Assembly (NCBI GenBank): GCA_947305775.1
Contig: CAMZEN010000007.1
Span: forward strand, 61-64,060
Source of the DNA: an uncultured Verrucomicrobiota bacterium
GTDB taxonomy: Bacteria; Verrucomicrobiota; Kiritimatiellia; RFP12; UBA1067
Direction: 5' to 3'
Length of the DNA stretch: 64,000 nt
Shown here: positions 1-8,674 of the stretch, piece after piece
Position numbering within the stretch: position 1 is the first letter of the stretch
How the letters are laid out: each line of letters starts with the position of its first letter
Translations under genes and position numbers: made by a program
The notes under the pieces: model-generated
The model's input: only the letters and a program-made list of their open reading frames with translations
Told to the model about the DNA's origin: nothing
Database searches by the model: none

Positions 1-307
1 TGAGTTCTTGACCTGGACCTCTCACACAAACATCTTCTTTGTCTTCCGCGTCCCTTCCGAACCCTCTCACATGGGAGAGGATCAAGGGACACGCCTCAAG
101 CATCTGTTATCAAAGACCGTCATCCACCTTTTCAGGCGAACAGGTGGGTAGTATACCAAAAAACTGGTCGGGTGCGCAAGGGGGTATTTTAAAAATTTTT
201 GCGAATGGGGGAAACACTACTTCGACTGACGTGGACGACTCTCTTATTTTCTGTTGTGTGTGGCGCAAGGTATACCGTGCCAATAACAGCAACGAGAGCA
301 CAGATGC

Positions 308-1372
308 ATGATCGCTTTACGGCGATACGGGAAAAATGATATACTATGTATCATTATGCAATTCGACGTTTCGTACAGAAGCAAGGATGGACAACTGGAA
401 ATGGTGCGCATCGAGGCGGAGTCTCGTCAGGCGCTTTTTCCTGAACTCGCCAAACGTGGCATTTCGGCGATTCGCATACAGGACGCTACCGGGAAAGGCA
501 AACCCACCAAAGCCCGTCTGTCCAAGTCTGCCGGACACGCGAGGTCTTCCTCGCTCATGCGCGGCTTTCTGGCCGGAGCAATTGTGGTAGTCGCCGCATT
601 CGGCATATGGTATATAATAATAGGATTAAGGGATAAGGCTCAACAAACGGACAACGGCACAGAGAAGCCCGCAAAGATTGCCGAGGTCACGCCAGCCATT
701 GTGGCCAAGCCGAAGGCCGAAGAGCCAGCGCCTGAGCCAACACCAACAAAGCCAGAGCCTCCTCCTTTCGTAAAACGCCCTGGAGCGTTGCAACTTCCGA
801 ACGGGACGGTGATCACCTTCCGCCCTCCGCCACCTGGACAGGAGAAGACCGTCTGGGTGCATGGGCGAAAATACATAGCAGATTCGGAAGGCAACTTCTA
901 CGATGCCTCGCCTGTTCCAACCTTCGACAACCGCTTTGAGAACACAATGGAAGCCATGAGCGCGGTTGGCGGAGGTGTTTTGCCCGCTGCCGCACTGTCG
1001 ATTCCAAAGGATGATATAGTCAAGTATCTCTCCAGCCCCATCGTCATCAATGACAATGACTCGGAGGATATAGTCGAGAAGAAGATTGCCACCGCCGAAA
1101 TGAAGGAACTCCTGAAGGACTATATCAAGGACGGCGGCAATTGGGAAGACTTCGTTATGGAACTCAGCAATATCAAACGCAACGAACGCATGCTGCAGTC
1201 TCAGGCGATATCCGAAATCGCCAAGATGCTACGCGAGGGCGACGAGGAAGGCGCCCAAATGTATCGAGCCAGAGTTGACGAGTTCATGAAGTCCAAAGGC
1301 TATCGCGGTCTGAAAGTCCCGGAAAAGTGGGGACTGGGCGAACTGCCCGTTTCCGACGATGGCAATGAATGA
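308..1372 (+). CDS. hypothetical membrane-anchored protein with Pro/Glu-rich linker
   Basis: Long ORF containing one hydrophobic segment (FLAGAIVVVAAFGIWYIIIGL) followed by a PKAEEPAPEPTPTKPEPPP linker and an acidic C-terminal domain. The start is uncertain; alternative ATGs lie near 353 and 556. No recognisable family. Confidence 0.45.
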   Translation: MIALRRYGKNDILCIIMQFDVSYRSKDGQLEMVRIEAESRQALFPELAKRGISAIRIQDATGKGKPTKARLSKSAGHARSSSLMRGFLAGAIVVVAAFGIWYIIIGLRDKAQQTDNGTEKPAKIAEVTPAIVAKPKAEEPAPEPTPTKPEPPPFVKRPGALQLPNGTVITFRPPPPGQEKTVWVHGRKYIADSEGNFYDASPVPTFDNRFENTMEAMSAVGGGVLPAAALSIPKDDIVKYLSSPIVINDNDSEDIVEKKIATAEMKELLKDYIKDGGNWEDFVMELSNIKRNERMLQSQAISEIAKMLREGDEEGAQMYRARVDEFMKSKGYRGLKVPEKWGLGELPVSDDGNE

Positions 1373-1420
1373 CGCGACGAGGTGCTTTTGAAACTCTATC
1401 AAACCATAGGAGAAAAGAAA

Positions 1421-2209
1421 ATGAAGAAACTGATATCTGCCCTTACAGTAGTCGCAATCAGCTTGGTGTTCGCTGCAGACAAGGCGCCGACACAAGAAGA
1501 AGTCAAGAACATGTCTCCCGAAGAGCGCAAGGCTCTGTTCGAGCAGCGCACGGGTGGCATGGTTCGCCACGAAGCCGAGGGGCCGGCGATTGTTGTCGTC
1601 GACGCCCGTGCCACACCCGGCAAAGCTCTTGCACACTTCGAGCGCGAGAACATCAAGGCATATGGCTCGACGCCTGGTCTTCCGGTAAAGACATACGCCG
1701 CTCCCGTACAAGGTGAACCGATTTCCGCCGCACAAGACATTCTTGCAAAGGAAAGCGGCGCGATGGCGATTGTTATCGTCAATGGCGGAGCAGCAACACC
1801 TGGATTAACCGTATGCCCCGAAGACCGCGTCGCGGCCATCAACGCCGACCGCTACGACAACAACGAGATTCTGCTTCTTAAAGAAATATGGCGCACGATA
1901 GGTTTTATCGGTGGCGTCGGCTTCTCGCAGTATAGCGCCGATCCTATGCAGGCTGTCTATTCCAAAGAAGACCTTGAGTCGATGCAGGGGACGGCACTTC
2001 TGCCGACTTCGCTCAATGCGCTTCGCACCTTCAACAAGCGCTTTGGAATCACCCCAGCGTATTCGCTTCCCTACATTGCCGCCGTCCGCAAGGGCTGGGC
2101 TCCAGCCCCTACGAACGACAACCAAAAGGCAATATGGGAGAAGTTCCAGGCTGAAAAAGAGCGCGGCCCGTCGAATCCAATCCTGATTCCACCGCCCAGC
2201 AAGAAGTAG
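1421..2209 (+). CDS. hypothetical secreted protein
   Basis: ATG is preceded by a GGAGAAAAG ribosome-binding site. N-terminal signal peptide MKKLISALTVVAISLVFAA. The ORF runs 263 codons to a stop at 2209. No family recognised. Confidence 0.55.
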   Translation: MKKLISALTVVAISLVFAADKAPTQEEVKNMSPEERKALFEQRTGGMVRHEAEGPAIVVVDARATPGKALAHFERENIKAYGSTPGLPVKTYAAPVQGEPISAAQDILAKESGAMAIVIVNGGAATPGLTVCPEDRVAAINADRYDNNEILLLKEIWRTIGFIGGVGFSQYSADPMQAVYSKEDLESMQGTALLPTSLNALRTFNKRFGITPAYSLPYIAAVRKGWAPAPTNDNQKAIWEKFQAEKERGPSNPILIPPPSKK

Positions 2210-2212
2210 TCC

Positions 2213-3046
2213 GTGGCGAAGTTCACATACGTTTACCGTTCCTCAGATGGCGTCCGCCACGAGGAACAGATGACAGCCGGCTCGCGGGACGAGGCGTTTG
2301 CCTTGCTCCGTGAGCGTGGCATTAAGGCCATCAAGGTAATCGCCGCCGACGGTTCGAAGGCAAACGGCGAGATGATCGGGGTCCGAAAGCGTTATGTCGC
2401 GCTTGTATCCATCGTTGCCGCCGCCGTTGCGTCCTGTATCGCCTACTGGGGTGGGACCCGCGTCGGCGCGAACAAGCCAACCGAGGTCGTCTTGACGACT
2501 GATAATGGCTCCGTGAAAGTAAAAGCGTTGATCGCCCAGCCCCTTGCCCGACAGGAAATCCCAGGCAGCAGGGCAAGGATTGACGACCTTCCAGCAACGC
2601 TTTTCAAACATCCAGCCGAGGCGTTTCTTGCGCGTTTCGCCGAACCTGGCCGACCATTGCCCGATGCTGCCGAGACGCCGTCAGACGCCGATTTTCGCGC
2701 CGCTATAGCCGAGCCTATATACTTCGCTTCTAATGAACTGACCGAGCACATAGACCTTAAGCGCATCGTTGCAGGCATCAAGCGCGAGATGGCGGCCTAT
2801 CTTGACGGTGGGGGCACTGTGGAGGCCTACATCGTAGAGCTCGTCAAACGGCAGAAAATGGAGATCGTCTATCGCGAGAACGCTGAAAAGCGTCTCGAGA
2901 CGTTGCTCGATTCCGAAAAGAGCACCGAGGATGTATATGCATATTGGCTCAAGGCGAACGCCCAGCTTCAGGCAATGGGCATATATCCGCTCGTTCTGCC
3001 CGATTCCCTCCGCAAATACCAATTGAACATGGATTTTGACGAATAG
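2213..3046 (+). CDS. hypothetical single-pass membrane protein
   Basis: GTG start immediately after the upstream stop. The N-terminus (FTYVYRSSDGVRHEEQMTAGSRDEAFALLRERGIKAIKV) resembles the N-terminal cytoplasmic module of T2SS/T4P GspF-like proteins. One transmembrane helix (VALVSIVAAAVASCIAYW). 277 aa. Confidence 0.45.
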   Translation: MAKFTYVYRSSDGVRHEEQMTAGSRDEAFALLRERGIKAIKVIAADGSKANGEMIGVRKRYVALVSIVAAAVASCIAYWGGTRVGANKPTEVVLTTDNGSVKVKALIAQPLARQEIPGSRARIDDLPATLFKHPAEAFLARFAEPGRPLPDAAETPSDADFRAAIAEPIYFASNELTEHIDLKRIVAGIKREMAAYLDGGGTVEAYIVELVKRQKMEIVYRENAEKRLETLLDSEKSTEDVYAYWLKANAQLQAMGIYPLVLPDSLRKYQLNMDFDE

Positions 3047-3100
3047 CCGTGATTCCCTTTATACTGCCTCGCTTCATTTCCTAACAAAAGGAGGCAGAAA

Positions 3101-4048
3101 ATGGGGAGAATCATCCCGACTATTAAAATGGTGCTGGAGCACTATCCGAAATGTGCAGCCATTGAGCGCTTGCGCATGGAACGACCGAGCGAAAAAACGG
3201 TCTCGAACGTTACAGGTGCTCTTGTAAGGCTCTGCCGGCTTGGAGAAATCTCCTTGGACGAGCCTGTCGTCGTCTTCACCAGAAAACGTCTGGAACGTGT
3301 GTTCGACGGTGCAAGGCGCGACGGGCTCTCCCCCGTCACCATCTGGAGCTACATACTCTCGCTTCGGGCCATCTTCGCCAAATGGACGCGCCCGTATTAC
3401 GCAGACAAGAAGTGGACGGTTCCGGCGATTGAGCTACCCTCGTGCCGCCGTAAGGCTCCGCGCTATGTCCGCCCGGATTCAACTGTCCTCGCCAAGGTCA
3501 AGGAATGGTATGCATCCCTTGAAACTCGCCAAGACCCTCGCGAATGGGTGCTGGCAACGCTTATGCTGGAGTTCGCCATGCGAAACGGTGACGCAGAGGC
3601 TCTACGCTGGTCTGATTTTCGCAAGAAGGCCGGCACAACCATCCTCTGCTATACGCCGCACAAGACTCGACTATCATCGGGTCGCACAGTTGCCTGGCCC
3701 GTCCATCCAGACATCCTTGCACGGCTAGAGACATACCATGCTGCCGGCATCCCATACAACAAGCGCAGGGGTTGGTCAAAGAACGAAGACCGCGACTCCC
3801 GACTTGTTGTTCCCTGTGCCCGCGACGTCTTCGTGCGTCTCAACAAAGAACTGCGCGAGAAAAAGATATTCACCGGACACAAGGGCTGCTACGAACTCCG
3901 CAAGATTTGCATAGACCACATCTACCAGAAGTTCGGGGTAGAGGCGGCCTCTTCAATCTCCGGCGACGACATCCACACCGTCATGCACTATTACGCCGAT
4001 CCAAGCGCGGTCACGCAAGTCGGTGTCCGCGTCCTAGAACTTCTGTAG
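3101..4048 (+). CDS. tyrosine-type site-specific recombinase/integrase (phage integrase family)
   Basis: N-terminal SAM-like core-binding region. The conserved Arg box (AMRNGDAEALRWSDF) and a C-terminal H-x-x-LRK...H...Y region (TGHKGCYELRKICIDHIYQKFG ... ISGDDIHTVMHYY) are consistent with the R-K-H-R-H-Y catalytic signature. An RBS (AAAGGAGG) lies upstream. Confidence 0.55.
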   Translation: MGRIIPTIKMVLEHYPKCAAIERLRMERPSEKTVSNVTGALVRLCRLGEISLDEPVVVFTRKRLERVFDGARRDGLSPVTIWSYILSLRAIFAKWTRPYYADKKWTVPAIELPSCRRKAPRYVRPDSTVLAKVKEWYASLETRQDPREWVLATLMLEFAMRNGDAEALRWSDFRKKAGTTILCYTPHKTRLSSGRTVAWPVHPDILARLETYHAAGIPYNKRRGWSKNEDRDSRLVVPCARDVFVRLNKELREKKIFTGHKGCYELRKICIDHIYQKFGVEAASSISGDDIHTVMHYYADPSAVTQVGVRVLELL

Positions 4049-4131
4049 TGAAGAGCAAACCGCCCTTCTCTCATCACGATTTCTTTGTTCTGCCGGACAG
4101 GGTGAAAAGCCCTACAAAAAGGAACAAGACA

Positions 4132-4839
4132 ATGAAGAAACTCATGATTGCAGCAGCGGTTATGGCCGCAGGCGTCGCGATGGCAGATGGAATCGTCAGC
4201 TCGGATGTAGTCGGCTACCAGACTAAGACGGTGACGACAGGGTTCTCACTTCAGACCCCTACGTTCACTGATGTCGGCGTGGATGGCTATGACCTTGCAA
4301 ACTTCAAGTTTGTCGATGGTGCTGGTGATGGAACTGAGACGATTCAGGTCCTTGACGCAAACGGTGTCAACAATGAAACTTGGACTTGGCTCAACGGAAA
4401 CGTGGGCATGGCTGACGGTTGGTATGATTTCATTACCTGGGATCCGATTGTAGCCACTATCGTCCCTGGTGATGGCTATCTCATGAACGTTTCGGCCGAC
4501 GTTGATATGCAGTTCGCCGGTCAGGTCAAAAATGGTAAGACCACAGTGACGATTCCGGCAGGGTTCTTCATCGTCGGTAACTGCACACCTTCGCCTGTTA
4601 GCATTCAGGATCTAAAGCTCGTTAATGCTGCTGGTGACGGAACCGAAACAATTCAGGTGCTTGATGAAAATGGTGTCAACAATGAGACCTGGACATGGCT
4701 CAACGGTAATGTTGGAATGGCTGACGGTTGGTACGATTTCATTACTTGGGAACCAATCGTTGCGACCATTGCGCCCGGCGAGGCTTTTCTCTTGAATGTG
4801 TCGGCTGATGTCGATATGGAGGTGCCTTCAGTCCTCTAA
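4132..4839 (+). CDS. secreted tandem-repeat protein, paralog A1 (signal peptide plus two ~95-aa internal repeats)
   Basis: ATG at 4132 with RBS AAAGGAAC. Signal peptide MKKLMIAAAVMAAGVAMA. An internal duplication (…GAGDGTETIQVLD(A/E)NGVNNETWTWLNGNVGMADGWYDFITW…VSADVDM…) occurs twice. The conserved 42-nt leader begins at TTCTGCCGGACAG. Confidence 0.7.
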   Translation: MKKLMIAAAVMAAGVAMADGIVSSDVVGYQTKTVTTGFSLQTPTFTDVGVDGYDLANFKFVDGAGDGTETIQVLDANGVNNETWTWLNGNVGMADGWYDFITWDPIVATIVPGDGYLMNVSADVDMQFAGQVKNGKTTVTIPAGFFIVGNCTPSPVSIQDLKLVNAAGDGTETIQVLDENGVNNETWTWLNGNVGMADGWYDFITWEPIVATIAPGEAFLLNVSADVDMEVPSVL

Positions 4840-4893
4840 AGGATTTTGGTGTGCGGCATAGGGTCGCATGCTTATAAAAGGAAAACAATCAAA

Positions 4894-5436
4894 ATGAAGA
4901 AACTAATGATATTGGTTGCGGCGGCATCCCTCGCAGGGCTTGTCAATGCTGCAACCTGCAACTGGTCAGGGTCTGCTGTCGCTCTCAAGTCTGCGACAGA
5001 TGATCCAACTAAGTATACGGTCTATCTGCTTGATGCTACGGTGACCGACGCTTCGACGATGGCGGGGTACCTCACCAATGGTGACACCTCCTACCTCGCC
5101 GCCGCTACGGTCACAACTACAGCCGGCATCGCAGTTGGCTCGCCAGCTACGGCTGCTCGTTGGGGCAAGAATGGCTTCGGCAGCTATACGGCTGGTGATG
5201 CTTACACGTATTACACAGTAATCTTCAATGATGCGGTCGATAGCGCCGACTACTTCATGATCACGGCTGAGAAGGCCGCAACCGTGCCTTCGTCTGGTTC
5301 GCTTGCAATGTCGTTCGGCTCGCAGGCCAGCAACTCGTGGGTTGCGATGGGATCTTCCCCCGTCCCGGAGCCGACTTCGGGTCTCCTCATGCTCCTCGGC
5401 ATGGCTGGCTTGGCGCTCCGCCGTCGCCGCGCGTAA
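4894..5436 (+). CDS. PEP-CTERM sorting domain-containing protein, paralog B1
   Basis: RBS AAAAGGAAAAC then ATG. Signal peptide MKKLMILVAAASLAGLVNA. C-terminal VPEPTSGLLMLLGMAGLALRRRRA is a canonical PEP-CTERM sorting signal: PEP motif, transmembrane helix, Arg cluster. Confidence 0.75.
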   Translation: MKKLMILVAAASLAGLVNAATCNWSGSAVALKSATDDPTKYTVYLLDATVTDASTMAGYLTNGDTSYLAAATVTTTAGIAVGSPATAARWGKNGFGSYTAGDAYTYYTVIFNDAVDSADYFMITAEKAATVPSSGSLAMSFGSQASNSWVAMGSSPVPEPTSGLLMLLGMAGLALRRRRA

Positions 5437-5455
5437 TCTGATTCAATCAGTTCGC

Positions 5456-5490
5456 AACAAGAAGCCGCACTCATCCGAGCGCGGCTTTCT
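5456..5490 (+). terminator. GC-rich hairpin (REP-like) plus T-run downstream of B1
   Basis: GAAGCCGCACTCatccGAGCGCGGCTTTCTTATTG. The inverted repeat AAGCCGC…GCGGCTT is followed by a T-rich tract. The same hairpin family recurs at 6816-6847 and 10062-10096. Confidence 0.5.
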
Positions 5491-5548
5491 TATTGATTCG
5501 TGAGGTGGCTTGTGGCATTGGCGGACGACATGGTATAATACGGTTGGA

Positions 5549-6805
5549 ATGCGTTTAGAGTACTCGAGAACGGGAAAGCAGTTCTTTTTCGTCACGCTTG
5601 GCGTAGCCGAAAGACGATCTGTGCTTTCGCAACTTGGCGACGAAAAGAGCCGCCCAGAGCTGACCGAACTTGGCGAGCTGGTGAAGGCTGCGCTAAGAGC
5701 GGTGCACCGTGTTTGGTCGGCGGCGACTGTAAGCAACTACGTGATAATGCCCGACCATATCCATTATCTTCTTATAGTCGATTACGACCGAGACAAGTCG
5801 ATAAGCCCGCTATTTATCGCTCACCGTATCGCTGACGCGGTTGAAATGGCCGTCGCCAGAGGATTGGAACGAACGGGGGCTTGCGCCCCCGCACCCCCAG
5901 CGATGCCACCATCGCTAGCGACTCGCGCCCCAGCACTCCAAGCGATGCCACTACCATTGGCGACTCGCGCCCCAGCGCCTCCAACCGAGGGCGAGGCATT
6001 GAGAAAGCGACTGGCCGAGGAGCGCGTAGCAAAGATGGTCGCGCTCTTTAAAGTCGCCATAAAGGCCGCCAATCGCCGCGCAGCCGCTGGCTTGCTGAAG
6101 GTCGATAGTGGGCTTTGCTTCGGCGAGGCGGCTGGCTATAGCGCGGCGGCAGCTGGCGAAACGGCTGGGGGTGCGGGGGCGCGAGCCCCCGTCCGTTCCG
6201 TCGTCTTCGCCCGCGATTGCTACATTGAGCTTTCTTTTGACTCGCGCCAGCTAAAGGCCATTCGCAACTACATAAAGCTCAACCCAGCGCGCGCCCTTTG
6301 GAAGCTTCGCAACCCCGACCTCTTTCTACGCCATCGCGCAATAAAGGCGCATCGCCTCGCGCCGCTTGCGCCATTGAGCTTTGACGGCATTGGCGCCCTC
6401 ACCCTGCTAGGCTCGCCTTTTTTGTTTCATGTGCGGCTCACGCTAAAGAAGACAGTAGCCGAGCATGCCGTAGCCATAGAGGAGGTCGTCGAGAATGCGC
6501 GACGCGGAATGGTGCCGGTATCGGGCTTCATCTCGCCAGGCGAAAAAGAGGCGCTTAAGCGTCTCAAGGCCGAGCCTCGCGCACGCTTCGTGAAGCTTTT
6601 GCCTTATGCGTTGCCGTCGCGCTACGACCCCTCTGCCGAAGACAGCCGCGAAATCGCCGCAGGGAGAATGCTCATTCTCTCGCCATTTAGCGACACGCCG
6701 GCCATCTCGTCGGTTGAGATGAAGCGCGAGCCATCGGCAGCCCACGCCTTCCGTCGTAACTGCCTAGCCATGAACGACATCGCCGCAAAGCTTTGCAGTG
6801 AATAA
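5549..6805 (+). CDS. IS200-like / REP-associated tyrosine transposase (RAYT-like, Transposase_17 HUH Y1) with in-frame low-complexity insertion and C-terminal extension
   Basis: N-terminal region matches the RAYT pattern (…SRTGKQFFFVTLGVAERRSVL…ELV…YVIMPDHIHYLLIV, the HUH motif). A downstream catalytic-Tyr helix (KAIRNYIKLNPARALW) is present. 5876-6190 is a 315-bp in-frame segment bounded by 24-bp inverted repeats and containing a 42-bp tandem duplication. The ORF could begin at 5510; 5549 gives an RAYT-like N-terminus. A TATAAT box lies 8 nt upstream. Confidence 0.65.
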   Translation: MRLEYSRTGKQFFFVTLGVAERRSVLSQLGDEKSRPELTELGELVKAALRAVHRVWSAATVSNYVIMPDHIHYLLIVDYDRDKSISPLFIAHRIADAVEMAVARGLERTGACAPAPPAMPPSLATRAPALQAMPLPLATRAPAPPTEGEALRKRLAEERVAKMVALFKVAIKAANRRAAAGLLKVDSGLCFGEAAGYSAAAAGETAGGAGARAPVRSVVFARDCYIELSFDSRQLKAIRNYIKLNPARALWKLRNPDLFLRHRAIKAHRLAPLAPLSFDGIGALTLLGSPFLFHVRLTLKKTVAEHAVAIEEVVENARRGMVPVSGFISPGEKEALKRLKAEPRARFVKLLPYALPSRYDPSAEDSREIAAGRMLILSPFSDTPAISSVEMKREPSAAHAFRRNCLAMNDIAAKLCSE

Positions 6806-6815
6806 ACAATGAAGC

Positions 6816-6847
6816 CGCACTCGAAAGAGTGCGGCTTCTTTTGCGTT
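6816..6847. terminator. bidirectional hairpin terminator / REP-like hairpin between convergent genes
   Basis: GAAGCCGCACTCgaaaGAGTGCGGCTTCTTTT lies between the stop of the plus-strand transposase-like gene (6805) and the stop of minus-strand B2 (6862). U-runs are present on both strands. Confidence 0.55.
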
Positions 6848-6861
6848 CTGACTGAATCAGA

Positions 6862-7404
6862 TTACGCGCGGCGACGACGAAGCGCCAAGCCAGCCATGCC
6901 GAGGAGCATGAGGAGGCCAGAGGTCGGCTCTGGGACGGGGGAAGACCCCATCGCAACCCACGAGTTGCTGGCCTGCGAGCCAAACGCCATCTGAAGCGAG
7001 CCCGACGAAGGCACGGTTGCGGCCTTCTCAGCCGTGATCATGAAGTAATCCGCACTATCGATCGCATCATTGAATACGACAGTATAATACGTGTAGGCAT
7101 CACCGGCGGTATAGCTGCCGAAGCCATTGTAGCCCCAGCGAGCAGCCGTAACTGGCGAGCCAACTGCGATGCCGGCTGTAGTTGTAACCGTAGCGGCAGC
7201 GAGGTAGGAGGTATCACCCTTAGCAAGGTAACCCGCCATCGTCGAAGCGTCGGTCACAGAAGCATCAAGCAGAACTACTGCGTACTTCGTTGGATCATCT
7301 GTGGCAGACTGGAGCGCGACAGCAGCTCCAGACCAGTTGCAGGTTGCAGCATTGACAAGCCCTGCGAGGGATGCCGCCGCAACAAATATCATTAGTTTCT
7401 TCAT
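6862..7404 (-). CDS. PEP-CTERM sorting domain-containing protein, paralog B2
   Basis: MKKLMIFVAAASLAGLVNAATCNWSG… ends with VPEPTSGLLMLLGMAGLALRRRRA. About 85-90% identical to B1, in inverted orientation. Confidence 0.75.
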   Translation of the reverse strand: MKKLMIFVAAASLAGLVNAATCNWSGAAVALQSATDDPTKYAVVLLDASVTDASTMAGYLAKGDTSYLAAATVTTTAGIAVGSPVTAARWGYNGFGSYTAGDAYTYYTVVFNDAIDSADYFMITAEKAATVPSSGSLQMAFGSQASNSWVAMGSSPVPEPTSGLLMLLGMAGLALRRRRA

Positions 7405-7456
7405 TTTGTTTATTTTCCTTTCCAGCATGCGACCCTATGCCGCACACCAAAATCCT

Positions 7457-8163
7457 TTAGAGGACCGAAGGCACCTCCATATCGACATCAGCCGACACAT
7501 TCATAAGGAACGCTTCGCCGGGAGCAATGGTAGCATCGATTGATTCCCAAGTGACGGAATCGTACCAGCCGTCAGCCATGCCAACGTTTCCGTTGAGCCA
7601 CGCCCAAGTTACATTGTTAACACCATTTTCATCAAGCACCTGAATAACTTCGGTGCCGTCACCTGCAGCATTAACGAGCTTCAGGCTCTGGATGCTAATA
7701 GGCATAGGCGTGCAGTTACCGGCAACGAAGAACCCCGTTGGAACCGTCACTGTGGTCTTGCCATTTTTGACCTGACCGGCGAACTGCATATCAACATCAG
7801 CAGAGACATTCATGAGATAGCCATCACCAGGAACGATAGTGGCAGCAATAGGCTCCCAAGAGACGGAATCATACCAACCGTCAGGCATGCCCACGTTTCC
7901 GTTGAGCCACGCCCATGTCTCATTGTTGACGCCGTTCGCATCGAGAACCTGAATAACTTCAGTTCCGTCGCCGGCACCATTGACAAACTTGAAGTTTGCA
8001 AGGTCATAGCCATCCACGCCGACATCAGTGAACGTAGGGGTCTGAAGTGAGAACCCTGTCGTCACCGTCTTAGTCTGGTAGCCGACTACATCCGAGCTGA
8101 CGATTCCATCTGCCATCGCGACGCCTGCGGCCATAACCGCTGCTGCAATCATGAGTTTCTTCA
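7457..8163 (-). CDS. secreted tandem-repeat protein, paralog A2
   Basis: Signal peptide MKKLMIAAAVMAAGVAMADGIVSSDVVGYQTKT. Same two-repeat architecture as A1. The conserved leader (reverse complement TTCTGCCGGACAGGGTGAAAATCCCTACAAAAAGGAACAAGACA) sits at 8164-8207. Confidence 0.7.
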
Positions 8164-8419
8164 TTGTCTTGTTCCTTTTTGTAGGGATTTTCACCCTGTC
8201 CGGCAGAAGTAAGAAATTCAGCAGTCTCCCTTGGGTCGCAATTAGGGGTTCGCTCTCAGGCGAACGACTTGGTTGCGAATGTCCGTTCAACTCTTGACTT
8301 TCCAACTCCTTTCGGTGTTTTTGTTTTCCCCCGTGTAGCACCGCGCCCACTGTCAGGATTTGCCGCTCTAGCCTTCACAAGCCATAACCTTGGTCTGATG
8401 GGCCTTTACGACAATGGGA

Positions 8420-8428
8420 ATTATACCA
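8420..8428 (-). promoter_or_regulatory. extended -10 box TGGTATAAT (minus strand) inside a conserved ~45-nt motif
   Basis: The reverse complement of 8417-8431 is GGGAATTATACCAAA→TTTGGTATAATTCCC. The adjacent GCGCAAGGGGGTATTTT block is shared with positions 172-190. Confidence 0.35.
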
Positions 8429-8674
8429 AATTCTCGAGCGGCAGCGCAAGGGGGTATTTTGAGAAATATTGCAGACCTCATAAAGAGCGGCACAGAGACA
8501 TAGCAGAAAGTTATATTCACTTGTATTTTTGCTTTGTTAGACTTCATCGGCCACTATGTGCGATTGATACAGGGTGTCGTGCGGCTTTGCACATTGCGCA
8601 CGCCGACAAATTAATGAGTGTATTTAGCCATTCTGCCGGACAGGGTGAAAAGCCCTACAAAAAGGAACAAGACA

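Larger units (their letters stand above)
5456..6847 (+). mobile_element. putative RAYT/IS200-like element bounded by REP-like hairpins
   Basis: The transposase-like gene is flanked on both sides by AAGCCGCACTC-n5-GAGTGCGGCTT hairpins (5459-5486 and 6819-6845). A deletion derivative retaining both ends exists at 10110-10275. Confidence 0.4.

Noticed and set aside
39-311. 90-aa ORF at the window start
   Set aside because: No RBS or family resemblance. The region contains promoter-like motifs for a leftward gene and is better interpreted as intergenic.
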